A stretch of DNA of 64,000 nt from Candidatus Nealsonbacteria bacterium (GCA_047456305.1 CP179888.1:189307-253306); one strand, 5' to 3'; positions 17,709-26,543 are shown, numbered from the stretch's first letter. Notes: generated by a model not told the origin, from the sequence alone. Made by a program: numbers and translations.

Positions 17709-18362
17709 TTAGGGTTTTAATACCACCACTTTCAAACCTTCTTCTGATAAATCTTTTTTCTTAATTAATAATTTATTTAAGGTCTCTGGTCTTTTCATTC
17801 CCATCACTTTTAAAAATTTATCAACTCCTTCCAGTTTTAACTTTAATTTAGGGATTTGATAATGCATAGGTATTATAATTTTAGGTTCAATTTGAGAAAT
17901 TATCTTTGCAGCTGTCTTTGAATCAATAGTATAAACTCCTCCGATTGGAATTATTAAAATATCAATGTTATTGATTTTTTCGAGTTGGTCTGGGGTCAAC
18001 TCTTTTTGGCCAATATCTCCGAGATGACAAAGTTTCATTCCTTCTGTGGCAATGGTATAAATAGTATTGTTTCCCCTCTGTCTTCCCTGAGAATCATCGT
18101 GGAAAGAGAAAATTCCCTGAATGTAGATTTCTTTTATCTCATACTCTCCCGGGCCATCAATTAAAAAGGGATTACCTTTTATTGCCTTAGAATTATCATG
18201 ATCTCGATGATGATGAGTGATTAATAAAATATCAGCCTCTATTGAAGGAAGTTTTAAGCCAAGAGTTTCATCAAAAGGGTCAATAACAATATTTACCGGG
18301 TTGTTTTTCTTTTGGTTAGTTATTATTTTAAAGCAAGATTGACCGTGCCAAGTAATTTGCAT
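17709..18362 (-). CDS. MBL-fold metallo-hydrolase (UPF0173-like)
   Basis: 217 aa. 'MQITWHGQSCFKI' N-terminus, the metal-binding 'LITHHHRDHDN' (HxHxDH), and downstream H/D ligands. Confidence 0.8.
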   Translation of the reverse strand: MQITWHGQSCFKIITNQKKNNPVNIVIDPFDETLGLKLPSIEADILLITHHHRDHDNSKAIKGNPFLIDGPGEYEIKEIYIQGIFSFHDDSQGRQRGNNTIYTIATEGMKLCHLGDIGQKELTPDQLEKINNIDILIIPIGGVYTIDSKTAAKIISQIEPKIIIPMHYQIPKLKLKLEGVDKFLKVMGMKRPETLNKLLIKKKDLSEEGLKVVVLKP

Positions 18363-18383
18363 TATTTAATTTTATCATAACTC

Positions 18384-18412
18384 TTGAAAAAATCAATAAA
18401 GTTCGTTATAAT
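18384..18412 (+). promoter_or_regulatory. consensus-like sigma70 promoter of the S1 gene
   Basis: TTGAAA, 17 nt, TATAAT. The -10 ends 7 nt before ATG 18420. The ORF-track 'start' at 18384 is the -35 hexamer itself. Confidence 0.55.
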
Positions 18413-18419
18413 GGATAGC

Positions 18420-19529
18420 ATGAAAGATATTTTTGAAAAAAATAATTTATTGAAGCCGCCGAAAGTTGGTGAAATTATTGAGGGCCAAATTATTGGTAAA
18501 GGACGCTCATCTGTTTTTTTTAATTTAGGGCCTTTGGGAACAGGAATAATTTATGGAAAAGAGCTTCAAGAAGCTAAGGATAGTTTAAAAGATTTAAAAA
18601 TTGGTGATAGTATTTTTGTAAAAATAGTAGATCTCGAAAATGAAGAAGGCTATATTGAATTATCTTTAAAACAGGCTGGCCAAGAACTCACCTGGGAAAC
18701 CCTCAAAGAGAAAAAAGAAAAAAATGAGACCCTGAAAGTTAAAATTTTAGGAGCAAATAAGGGAGGCTTACTGACAGAGATTTTAGGGACTCCTGCTTTT
18801 TTGCCAGTATCACAATTATCTCCAGAACACTATCCTCGGGTTGAAGGAGGAGATTCATTAAAAATTTTAAGAGGGCTTCAAAAATTTATAGGAAAAGAAT
18901 TGGAAGTAAAAATCCTTAATCTTTCCCAAAAAGAAGGAAAATTTATTTCGAGCGGAGCAAGAAACAAGATTCTGCCGAGCGAAGCGAAACGGGTTCTTAT
19001 TTTATCTGAAAAAGCAAAAGAAATTGAGAAAATAAAAGAAGCTTTAAAAGGCTATAAAGTAGGAGATGTAGTTGAGGGAGAAATTAGCGGGCTGGTTGAC
19101 TTTGGAGCTTTCATGTTTTTTGGCAAAGGTCTCGAGGGTTTAATCCATATCTCTGAATTTGATTGGGCAATAGTTCAAGACCCTTCTAAAATTGTCAAGG
19201 TTGGGCAAAAAATTCGAGCAAAGATTATTGAAATTTCAGATAATAAAGTCTTTTTATCTTTAAAAGCTCTAAAAAGAGATCCCTGGAAAAATATTGAGAA
19301 AAAATATAAAAAAGGCGATAAGGTTTCGGGCAAGGTAACTAAATTTAATCCTTTTGGTGCATTTGTTCAGATTACGCCAAAAATCCAGGGACTAGTCCAT
19401 ATTTCCGAATTTGGAACAAAATCTAAAATGGAAGAAATTTTAGAGATTGATAAAAAATATGATTTTCAGATTTTATCAATTGACCCAAAAGAGCACCGAA
19501 TGAGTTTAAAATTAGTGGAAAGTCGATGA
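18420..19529 (+). CDS. rpsA: 30S ribosomal protein S1-like protein (four S1 RNA-binding domains)
   Basis: Repeated S1/OB motifs ('GEIIEGQIIGKG', 'VGDVVEGEISGLVDFGAFM', 'GDKVSGKVTKFNPFGAFVQI ... GLVHISE'). The start could also be ATG 18411. Carries a GC-rich in-frame segment at 18948-18992. Confidence 0.8.
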   Translation: MKDIFEKNNLLKPPKVGEIIEGQIIGKGRSSVFFNLGPLGTGIIYGKELQEAKDSLKDLKIGDSIFVKIVDLENEEGYIELSLKQAGQELTWETLKEKKEKNETLKVKILGANKGGLLTEILGTPAFLPVSQLSPEHYPRVEGGDSLKILRGLQKFIGKELEVKILNLSQKEGKFISSGARNKILPSEAKRVLILSEKAKEIEKIKEALKGYKVGDVVEGEISGLVDFGAFMFFGKGLEGLIHISEFDWAIVQDPSKIVKVGQKIRAKIIEISDNKVFLSLKALKRDPWKNIEKKYKKGDKVSGKVTKFNPFGAFVQITPKIQGLVHISEFGTKSKMEEILEIDKKYDFQILSIDPKEHRMSLKLVESR

Positions 19530-19578
19530 AGCTAAAGCTTCATCTCCAGCGTCGGTTTAATAAATTAAACCTTACTAA

Positions 19579-22500
19579 ATGAAGAAATTAATTAAAAATT
19601 TTATTTTCGTAATTTTAATTTTCCTGATTATCTCGGGTATCTTTACCTTGTTTATCTCACCGCTTGAAAAAGAAAAAGAAATTTCTTTAACTCAATTAGT
19701 TGAAGAAATTAACCAGGAAAAAATTAAACAAATTACTATTTCTGGTTCAGAGCTTCAGATAATATACCAAGATGATACTAAAGCTAAATCTAGAAAAGAA
19801 ACAGAAACAGCTTTATCTGAATCTTTAATAAATTACGGAATAGATAAAGAAAAATTAAAAAAAGTGGAAATTGAAACAAAAAAAGAAAAAGAAAGTTTGT
19901 TTTGGTTATGGTCAACTCTAATAATTCTGCTTCCTTTAGTTTTATTTGGTTTATTTTTCTGGATGATGTTCCGTCAGGCCAAAACCGGAGTAATGCAGGC
20001 TTTTAATTTTTCAAAAGCCAAAGCTCGGCTTTTTGGCGCTGAAGGTCATCCAAAAGAAAAAATCAGTTTCAAAGATGTTGCCGGCTTAGAAGAGGCAAAA
20101 GAAGAACTAAAAGAAATCGTTGATTTCTTAAAAAATCCCAAAAAATATTTAAAGATGGGGGCGAGGATACCAAGAGGAGTTTTATTGATGGGGCCAGCTG
20201 GAACAGGAAAATGTGTAGTTGGAAGTACATTTATCTTAACTTCCAAGGGCTGGATAAAAATTCAAGATGTCCCTAAATATTTCAGAGTAAATGAAGAAAA
20301 TCAAGTAGCCGGCGCTGAAGTTTTCAGTATTAATCTAAAAACTTTAGAAAAGAAAAAAAACTTAGCCTCTCATTGGTATAATTTAGGGAAGCAAAAAACA
20401 ATTAAGATAACTTCTCGCAATGGAATCTCTCTTGAAGGAACACTAGAACATCCGGTAGTGATTACGGATAGAGATGGTAAAATGAAATTCAGAAAGTTAG
20501 AGGAAATTAAAAAAGGTGACCTTTTAGTTGTTAATTACAACCATCAAGTTTTTGGGAATTATAAAATTTTACCTGATAAGGAAACTGCTTATTTATTGGG
20601 TCTACTTTTGGGCGATGGCGGTTTATCAATTAAAAATAGAATATATTTTAGTAATGCAAATAAACAATTAGTTAAATTTGTTAAAAATTATTTCCAAAAA
20701 TATTTTGGTGTTATTCTTCATAAGGCTAAATCTAGAAAATACGATTGGCTCATTTCTGATTGGAAAGCTAAAGAAAAATTAAGAGAATATGGTATTTCAG
20801 AAAGTCATGCTAGAGGCAAAGAAATTCCAGAAAGTATAATATCCGGTCCTAAAGAATATCAAACTGAATTTATTAAGGGCTTATTTGACACGGATGGATC
20901 AGCAGGCCTCAAAAATTCGATTTTACAATTAGCCAGTGCCTCAAAGACACTAATTGCCCAGCTTCAAGTTCTGCTTCTCAATTTAGGAATAGTAAGCAAG
21001 ACAAGGAAAAAGCGTTCAAACCAAACTGGCGCTTATTATCATTATTTAGAAGTTTCAGGAGATTTTACTAAAAATTTCGCTCAAGAAATCGGATTTGAAA
21101 TAGAAGAAAAACAAAAAAAATTAGAAAAGATTCTAGCAAAAAGAAGAAATACAAATGTAAATACAGTTCCTTTTGCTGCAAAGAAAATTGAAACTCTCTG
21201 GCAATATTTAAAAAAAGATGGACGAAAATTTAATAGAGCTTTTTATAGAACTCTTACCTATAAGAGTATCAATGAATATATTAATAAAGTCCACAAAAAT
21301 CCTTCAAAACAAAAGGTAGATAAAATTTTAGAATTTTTTGAGAAAGAAAAAAAATCTATAAGAAATCTTTTAGAATTTAAACAATTATCAAAACTAGCCG
21401 ATAACACTTTCTTTTTCTCTCCTGTCATTGAAATAGAAAGAGGAAAAGATATAGTATATGATTTTACTGTTCCCAAAACTCATTCATTCGTAGCAAATGG
21501 ATTAATAAATCATAATACTTTATTAGCAAGAGCAGTTGCCGGTGAGGCTAATGTCCCTTTCTTTTCAATTGCTGGCTCAGAATTTATTGAGATGTTCGTA
21601 GGGGTTGGAAGCTCTCGAGTAAGAGATCTTTTCACTACTGCTAAAAAAGCAGCCCCTTCTTTGGTTTTTATTGATGAACTTGACGCTATTGGCAGACACC
21701 GGGGAGCTGGACTTGGCGGAGGACATGATGAAAGAGAGCAAACATTAAATCAAATTTTAGTAGAAATGGACGGCTTTGAAAGAGAAACAAATGTGATCAT
21801 TCTTTCAGCGACGAACAGGCCAGATATCCTGGACCCAGCTCTTTTGCGGCCCGGTAGATTTGATAGAAAAGTAGTTTTGGACTTGCCTGATATTAAGGGC
21901 CGGGAAGAAATTCTAAAAATTCATTGTCGAGGAAAACCCTTAGCCCTAAATATTAATTTGAGAGAAATTGCTGAAAGAACCCCAGGGTTTTCTGGTGCTG
22001 ATATAGCTAATGTTGTCAATGAAGCAGCGATTTTAGCTGCCAGAAGAAACAAAAACCAGGTTTATCAAGAAGAGTTTTTAGAATCAATTGAAAAAGTTTT
22101 ATTGGGTCCGGAAAGAAAAAGTCATATCTTGTCCAAAAAAGAAAAGGAAATCGCTGCTTTCCATGAAGCAGGTCACGCTTTGGTTTCTGCTTCTCTGCCT
22201 GAAGCTGAGCCGGTAAGGAAAATTTCAATTATTGCCAGAGGTATGGCTGCTGGCTATACCTTAAAAATGCCAGCTGAGGAGAGAAAAATTAAAACCAAAA
22301 AAGAATTTTTAGCTGAATTGGCAACTTTACTTGGTGGATACTGCGCTGAAAAATTGAAATTTAAAGAAATTACCACTGGGGCAGCTAATGATTTGAAAAG
22401 AGCTTCCGACTTAGCTAGAAAGTTGGTTAAAGAATACGGTATGTCTCCTTTAGGACCAATTTCTTTTGGTGAAAAAGAAGAATTGGTTTTCTTAGGAAAA

Positions 22501-22773
22501 GAGATTTCCGAGCAGAGAAATTATTCTGAAAAAGTAGCCGCTAAAATTGATAAAGAAGTTGAAAAATTTGTCAAAAATGCAGAAAAAGAAGCAACGAAAC
22601 TTTTATTCAAAAACAAAAATTTACTTGAAAAAATTGCCAAAACCTTAATTGAAAAAGAAACCATTGAAAAAGAGGAATTTGAGAGTTTAATTAAAGGAGA
22701 AAGGAAAACAGCCTACAAGAAATCCTTGTCAAAAACTGAAAAGCCAGTAAAAGTAAAAATTAGACAAGTGTAA
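19579..22773 (+). CDS. ftsH: ATP-dependent zinc metalloprotease FtsH, interrupted by an intein
   Basis: Two N-terminal TM helices. Walker A is split as 'GPAGTGK|C...HN|[11 protein letters not shown]'. Also Walker B 'VFIDELDA', SRH '[19 protein letters not shown]' and zinc site 'HEAGHAL'. Confidence 0.95.
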   Translation: MKKLIKNFIFVILIFLIISGIFTLFISPLEKEKEISLTQLVEEINQEKIKQITISGSELQIIYQDDTKAKSRKETETALSESLINYGIDKEKLKKVEIETKKEKESLFWLWSTLIILLPLVLFGLFFWMMFRQAKTGVMQAFNFSKAKARLFGAEGHPKEKISFKDVAGLEEAKEELKEIVDFLKNPKKYLKMGARIPRGVLLMGPAGTGKCVVGSTFILTSKGWIKIQDVPKYFRVNEENQVAGAEVFSINLKTLEKKKNLASHWYNLGKQKTIKITSRNGISLEGTLEHPVVITDRDGKMKFRKLEEIKKGDLLVVNYNHQVFGNYKILPDKETAYLLGLLLGDGGLSIKNRIYFSNANKQLVKFVKNYFQKYFGVILHKAKSRKYDWLISDWKAKEKLREYGISESHARGKEIPESIISGPKEYQTEFIKGLFDTDGSAGLKNSILQLASASKTLIAQLQVLLLNLGIVSKTRKKRSNQTGAYYHYLEVSGDFTKNFAQEIGFEIEEKQKKLEKILAKRRNTNVNTVPFAAKKIETLWQYLKKDGRKFNRAFYRTLTYKSINEYINKVHKNPSKQKVDKILEFFEKEKKSIRNLLEFKQLSKLADNTFFFSPVIEIERGKDIVYDFTVPKTHSFVANGLINHNTLLARAVAGEANVPFFSIAGSEFIEMFVGVGSSRVRDLFTTAKKAAPSLVFIDELDAIGRHRGAGLGGGHDEREQTLNQILVEMDGFERETNVIILSATNRPDILDPALLRPGRFDRKVVLDLPDIKGREEILKIHCRGKPLALNINLREIAERTPGFSGADIANVVNEAAILAARRNKNQVYQEEFLESIEKVLLGPERKSHILSKKEKEIAAFHEAGHALVSASLPEAEPVRKISIIARGMAAGYTLKMPAEERKIKTKKEFLAELATLLGGYCAEKLKFKEITTGAANDLKRASDLARKLVKEYGMSPLGPISFGEKEELVFLGKEISEQRNYSEKVAAKIDKEVEKFVKNAEKEATKLLFKNKNLLEKIAKTLIEKETIEKEEFESLIKGERKTAYKKSLSKTEKPVKVKIRQV
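20212..21516 (+). mobile_element. intein (435 aa) with LAGLIDADG homing-endonuclease domain in the FtsH P-loop
   Basis: Starts with Cys1 ('[13 protein letters not shown]', block A). Block B is 'GTLEHPVV'. LAGLIDADG motifs are '[10 protein letters not shown]' and '[10 protein letters not shown]'. Blocks F/G are '[21 protein letters not shown]' followed by the +1 Thr of GKT. Its removal restores '[18 protein letters not shown]'. Confidence 0.9.
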
Positions 22774-22776
22774 CAA

Positions 22777-22848
22777 GGGCACGTAGTTCATTGGTAGAAC
22801 GCTTCTCTTATAAAGAAGAGGTAGAAGGTTCGATCCCTTCCGTGCCCA
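22777..22848 (+). tRNA. tRNA-Ile(UAU)
   Basis: 72 nt starting 3 nt after the ftsH stop. Acceptor GGGCACG/CGTGCCC, anticodon stem CTTCT/AGAAG, loop CTTATAA (anticodon TAT), T-arm GAAGG-TTCGATC-CCTTC. Confidence 0.8.
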
Positions 22849-22855
22849 CACAAAT

Positions 22856-22929
22856 GGGCGCTTGGCGCAGTGGTTTAGCGCGTCTCGGTGACATCGAGAA
22901 GGTCGTGGGTTCAAATCCCTCAGCGCCCA
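22856..22929 (+). tRNA. tRNA-Val(GAC)
   Basis: Acceptor GGGCGCT/AGCGCCC, anticodon stem TCTCG/CGAGA, loop GTGACAT, T-loop GGTTCAAATCC. Confidence 0.8.
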
Positions 22930-22930
22930 C

Positions 22931-23611
22931 ATGCAACCGAAAATTATAGTCAAAGAGGATAAATCCTCTTTTCCATCCTTCGCTGCGGCTCGGCTATATG
23001 AAGATGAAAATGTTTTAGTAATTGATAAACCAGCAGGGGTAAATTCTGACGACTTTAAAAAGAGGGTTCACAGATTAGATAAAGACACTTCGGGAATATT
23101 TCTGGTAGCAAAAAACGATAGGGCCTTAGATTTTTTGCAAGAACAATTTAAAAACAGAAAAGTAAAAAAGAAATATTTAGCCCTGGTAATCGGCAATCTG
23201 AAAAATAACGAAGGTGAGATTGAAACCCTTATTGGCCGCTCACCGGGAAACAGAAGGAAACAAAAAGTATACTTGCCTCACGAACCAGGCTCCCAAGGAA
23301 AAAGAATTGCTGTTACCAAATATAAAGTGTTGCAAAGATTTAAAGATTATGATTTGATTGAGGTTGAGCCTCTTTCAGGCAGGAAGCATCAGATTAGAAC
23401 CCATTTTGCTTATTTGGGCCACCCCATAGCCGGTGACAAACTATATGGGTTTAAAAACCAGCTCTGCCCTAAAGAATTAAAAAGACAATTTTTACATGCC
23501 GGTTATCTTAAAATAAAGTTAACCGGTGGAGAAGTAAAGCCCACTGTTCACACAGAGGAATTTAAATCGGAATTGCCTGAAGATCTAAAAAAAGTTATTA
23601 AAAACTTATGA
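22931..23611 (+). CDS. RluA-family pseudouridine synthase (no S4 domain)
   Basis: 226 aa. '[16 protein letters not shown]', catalytic '[15 protein letters not shown]', '[24 protein letters not shown]'. The ATG is 1 nt after tRNA-Val. The N-terminal 20 aa are encoded by a dispersed hairpin repeat. Confidence 0.85.
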   Translation: MQPKIIVKEDKSSFPSFAAARLYEDENVLVIDKPAGVNSDDFKKRVHRLDKDTSGIFLVAKNDRALDFLQEQFKNRKVKKKYLALVIGNLKNNEGEIETLIGRSPGNRRKQKVYLPHEPGSQGKRIAVTKYKVLQRFKDYDLIEVEPLSGRKHQIRTHFAYLGHPIAGDKLYGFKNQLCPKELKRQFLHAGYLKIKLTGGEVKPTVHTEEFKSELPEDLKKVIKNL

Positions 23612-24024
23612 CAACAAAAATTGAAACATTTTTAAAGCCTTTTCTCAAAAAAGAAATCCCTGACATAGGTCCTGGTGACACTGTCAGGATTTATCAAAAA
23701 ATCAAAGAAGCCTTAAAGAAAAGTAAACCCTCTATGGAACAAGAATATAAAGAAAGAATTCAAATTTTTGAAGGTTTGGTTTTGGCGAAAAAACACGGTA
23801 AAGGAATTTCAGGAACTATTACTGTCAGAAAAGTAATTTCAGGAATTGGAGTAGAAAAAACATTTCCACTCCACTCCCCTACTATAGAAAAGATAGAAAT
23901 TATAAAAAGAGGAAAAGTAAGGAGAGCAAAACTTTATTATTTAAGGAAGGCTAAAGGAAGAAAGGCGAGATTGAAAAAGAAAGAAGCCCCGGTGGAGAAA
24001 CAGAAAGATGCGCGGGTGCTGTAA
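23608..24024 (+). CDS. rplS: 50S ribosomal protein L19
   Basis: '[12 protein letters not shown]...[51 protein letters not shown]'. ATGA overlap with the preceding gene. The last 15 nt overlap tRNA-Leu(GAG). Confidence 0.9.
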   Translation: MTTKIETFLKPFLKKEIPDIGPGDTVRIYQKIKEALKKSKPSMEQEYKERIQIFEGLVLAKKHGKGISGTITVRKVISGIGVEKTFPLHSPTIEKIEIIKRGKVRRAKLYYLRKAKGRKARLKKKEAPVEKQKDARVL

Positions 24025-24093
24025 TAGGTAGCCAGGCTAGCTTGAGGTGCTAGTGTCCTTATGGACGTGGAGGTTCGAGTCCTCTCCCGCGCA
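24010..24093 (+). tRNA. tRNA-Leu(GAG), type II
   Basis: 84 nt. Acceptor GCGCGGG/CCCGCGC, anticodon stem CTAGC/GCTAG, loop TTGAGGT, long variable arm, T-arm GGAGG-TTCGAGT-CCTCT. Confidence 0.8.
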
Positions 24094-24248
24094 CTAAATA
24101 AAGTGAGGTTCGCCCGATCATCCCCGGTCATTCGACCGGGCCGAGTCCCTCCCTAGGCACCAGTATATTGAAAATAGTTCGAACACATTTCGTTGTCTTC
24201 GGCGAGGAAAGTTGTAAAAATTGCTAAAAGATTAATATCTCAAATTGA

Positions 24249-24324
24249 GGGCGAGTAGCTCAGTGGTTAGAGCGCTTCTCCTACACAGAAGAGGTCGCAG
24301 GCTCAAATCCTGCCTCGCCCACCA
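24249..24324 (+). tRNA. tRNA-Val(UAC), CCA encoded
   Basis: Acceptor GGGCGAG/CTCGCCC, anticodon stem CTTCT/AGAAG, loop CCTACAC, T-loop GCTCAAATCC, 3' ACCA. Confidence 0.85.
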
Positions 24325-24349
24325 AAAAAACCTCGAATTCGAGGTTTTT
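24325..24349 (+). terminator. rho-independent terminator after tRNA-Val(UAC)
   Basis: AAAAAACCTCG-AATT-CGAGGTTTTT. Confidence 0.7.
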
Positions 24350-24401
24350 ATTGATTTTTAAATTAAAAAATGGTATCTTAAAGATGATTTAAAATAGATA
24401 T

Positions 24402-24487
24402 GGAGAGGTGCGTCGAACGGCAAGACACTGGTCCCGAAAACCAGAGCCTATTTTATAGGTTTGTGGGTTCGAATCCCACCCTCTCCG
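24402..24487 (+). tRNA. tRNA-Ser(CGA), type II, with C at position 33
   Basis: 86 nt. Acceptor GGAGAGG/CCTCTCC, anticodon stem CTGGT/ACCAG, loop CCCGAAA, long variable arm, T-loop GGTTCGAATCC. Confidence 0.8.
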
Positions 24488-24497
24488 CAGCCAAATT

Positions 24498-24866
24498 ATG
24501 TTTAACTTTTTTAAAAAAAGAAAAAGGGAGCCGGAGAATTTTAGGGAGATTTTGGCTTATTTTAAGAATTTGGAGAAAAGTTTTGAAAAACTTTCAAAAG
24601 AATTAAAGAGTCTAAAAGAAGAAAGTAAGTTTTCAATTCAGAAAGTCGGCATAGTAAGATTTAATCCTTTCTCAGAAGTGGGGGGTGACCAAAGTTTTTC
24701 TATTGCTTTGCTTGATGGAAATAATGACGGAATAGTAATTACCAGTCTTTATAGCCGGGAAGGGAATAGAATTTACGGAAAATCAGTAAAAGCAGGCCTC
24801 TCAAAATATTCTTTATCTAACGAAGAGAAAAAAGCAATAAATGAGGCTATAAGTCTTAAATCCTAA
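24498..24866 (+). CDS. DUF4446-like protein
   Basis: 122 aa. N-terminal coiled segment, then 'VGIVRFNPFSEVGGDQSFSIALLDGNNDGIVITSLYSREGNRIYGK', which matches my recollection of the DUF4446 signature. Confidence 0.55.
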   Translation: MFNFFKKRKREPENFREILAYFKNLEKSFEKLSKELKSLKEESKFSIQKVGIVRFNPFSEVGGDQSFSIALLDGNNDGIVITSLYSREGNRIYGKSVKAGLSKYSLSNEEKKAINEAISLKS

Positions 24867-25002
24867 ATTTGAAATTCTAAATCCTAAATAATATCAAATA
24901 ACCTAAATCCAAATGACCAAAACGGTTTTGAATTTCAAACGTTTGAATTTTGGATTTGTTTCGGATTTAGATATTAGGATTTCGGATTTTTATTCTCTGA
25001 TT

Positions 25003-26535
25003 ATGGTTAAAAAGAAAGACCAAAACTTAATAACTCGTCCTCCAGTAGTGGTTGTTTTAGGTCACGTTGATCATGGAAAATCGACTTTGCTTTGTGCAAT
25101 TAAAGATTTCAAAATCACCGAGAAAGAGGCCGGAGGAATTACCCAACATATTGGAGCTTATGAGATTGAGCATCAGGGAAAATCAATTACTTTTATTGAT
25201 ACACCCGGCCATGAGGCCTTTTCAGCCATGCGTTCCAGGGGAGCCAAAGTTGCTGATATTGCCATTTTAGTGGTGGCGGCTGATGAAGGAGTGAAAACTC
25301 AGACAAAAGAAGCTTTATCTCATATTAAAAAATCAGGTCTGCCTTTAATTGTGGCAATAAATAAAATTGATAAACCTACAGCTGACCCAGAAAAGGTTAG
25401 AAGAGAATTATCCCGGGAGAATATTTTGGTTGAATCAATGGGAGGAAAAGTTCCCTCAGTTGAGGTTTCAGCAAAGACCGGTCAAGGGATTGAAGACCTT
25501 TTGGAATTAATATTACTGGTGGCTGAGATGGAGCAGTTAAAAGGAGATATAGTAATGCCAGCTGAAGGGGTAGTAATTGAGGCCTATTTGGATTCCCAGA
25601 GAGGACCAACCGCTACCTTACTTTTAGATAATGGAATTTTAAGACCAAGGGATATCATCGGAACTGATTCTTGTTTTGGAAAAGTAAAAAACTTAGAAAA
25701 TTTTCAAGAGATTGCCATTAAAGAAGCTTCTCCTTCAATGCCGGTAGTTGTTTTTGGCTTTGAAAACGTTCCTAAGGTTGGAGAGGAATTTAGAGTTTTT
25801 TCTGATATTGAATTGGCTAAAAATCATCTCCAAAAACCAGAGAAAAAAGTTTCACCAGTATTTTCTCTTGAGCCCGATCAAAGAGTCTTAAATCTAATTC
25901 TAAAAGCTGATGTCTTGGGATCGCTTGAAGCTATTGAAGAGGTTTTAAAGGAACTTCCCCAAGAAAAAGTTGTCTTAAGAATTCTAAAATCTGAGGTCGG
26001 CGAGATAAATGAATCTGATATTAAGTTGGCTAAAGGGTCTAAGGCTCAAGTTTTAGCTTTTCGAGTAAAAACAAATCCAATTGCTCAGTTGTTAGCTGAA
26101 AGAGAAAAAATTAAAATAATAGGATTTGAAGTAATTTATGAATTAGTTGAGGGAGTTCGGAAAATAATGGAAAAAATTATTAAGCCAGAAGTAGTCAGAA
26201 TTGATTTCGGGAAGGTTAAGATTTCAGCAATTTTTAGAACTGAGAAAAATCGCCAAATTTTAGGAGGAAAAGTTATTGAGGGAGAAATTAAAAAAGGGGC
26301 ATTAGTTGAAATTTTTAGACTACAACCCGCCCACCGCGTCCTCCCACCTTCGGCGGGCCCCGGCGAAGAAAAGGTCGGTCAGGGAAGGATTATTAATCTC
26401 CAGCGAGACAAAAAAGACGCAGAAAGAGTTAAAAAGGGAGAGAAATGCGGAGTATTATATGAGGGAGATGTCAAAATTGAAGAGGATGATGTTTTGATGA
26501 TTTATACTGAAGAGAGGAAAAAAGGAGAACTTTAA
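25003..26535 (+). CDS. infB: translation initiation factor IF-2 (short N-terminus)
   Basis: G-domain '[16 protein letters not shown]', 'DTPGHEAF', 'NKIDK', then domains II to C2. ATG 25003 (MVKKKD) is preferred over the ORF-track start at 24913, which lies in a repeat array. Contains a 56-nt GC-rich in-frame element at 26317-26372. Confidence 0.9.
   Translation: MVKKKDQNLITRPPVVVVLGHVDHGKSTLLCAIKDFKITEKEAGGITQHIGAYEIEHQGKSITFIDTPGHEAFSAMRSRGAKVADIAILVVAADEGVKTQTKEALSHIKKSGLPLIVAINKIDKPTADPEKVRRELSRENILVESMGGKVPSVEVSAKTGQGIEDLLELILLVAEMEQLKGDIVMPAEGVVIEAYLDSQRGPTATLLLDNGILRPRDIIGTDSCFGKVKNLENFQEIAIKEASPSMPVVVFGFENVPKVGEEFRVFSDIELAKNHLQKPEKKVSPVFSLEPDQRVLNLILKADVLGSLEAIEEVLKELPQEKVVLRILKSEVGEINESDIKLAKGSKAQVLAFRVKTNPIAQLLAEREKIKIIGFEVIYELVEGVRKIMEKIIKPEVVRIDFGKVKISAIFRTEKNRQILGGKVIEGEIKKGALVEIFRLQPAHRVLPPSAGPGEEKVGQGRIINLQRDKKDAERVKKGEKCGVLYEGDVKIEEDDVLMIYTEERKKGEL
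26317..26372 (+). repeat. 56-nt GC-rich hairpin element, copy inside infB
   Basis: agactacaacccgcccaccgcgtcctcccaccttcggcgggccccggcgaagaaaa. About 86% identical to the reverse complement of 36611-36666 (pilin leader), but read in a different frame. Confidence 0.9.
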
Positions 26536-26543
26536 ATCGCAGT

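Noticed and set aside
22729-22953. 74-aa minus-strand ORF
   Set aside because: It runs antisense across tRNA-Ile(UAU) and tRNA-Val(GAC). The reading frame is open only because of the GC-rich tRNA sequence.
23937-24131. 64-aa minus-strand ORF, and the 24400-24606 plus-strand ORF
   Set aside because: They overlap tRNA-Leu(GAG) or tRNA-Ser(CGA) and have no coding features. The real CDS after tRNA-Ser is the DUF4446-like ORF starting at 24498.
24094-24162. tRNA, tmRNA 3' domain or small SRP RNA
   Set aside because: It ends in GCACCA, but there is no matching acceptor 5' strand, no canonical T-loop and no 7-nt anticodon loop. The apical loop (GAAU/AUUC) and flanks lack the SRP GNAR tetraloop and AGCA motifs. 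It is kept only as an unassigned structured segment.
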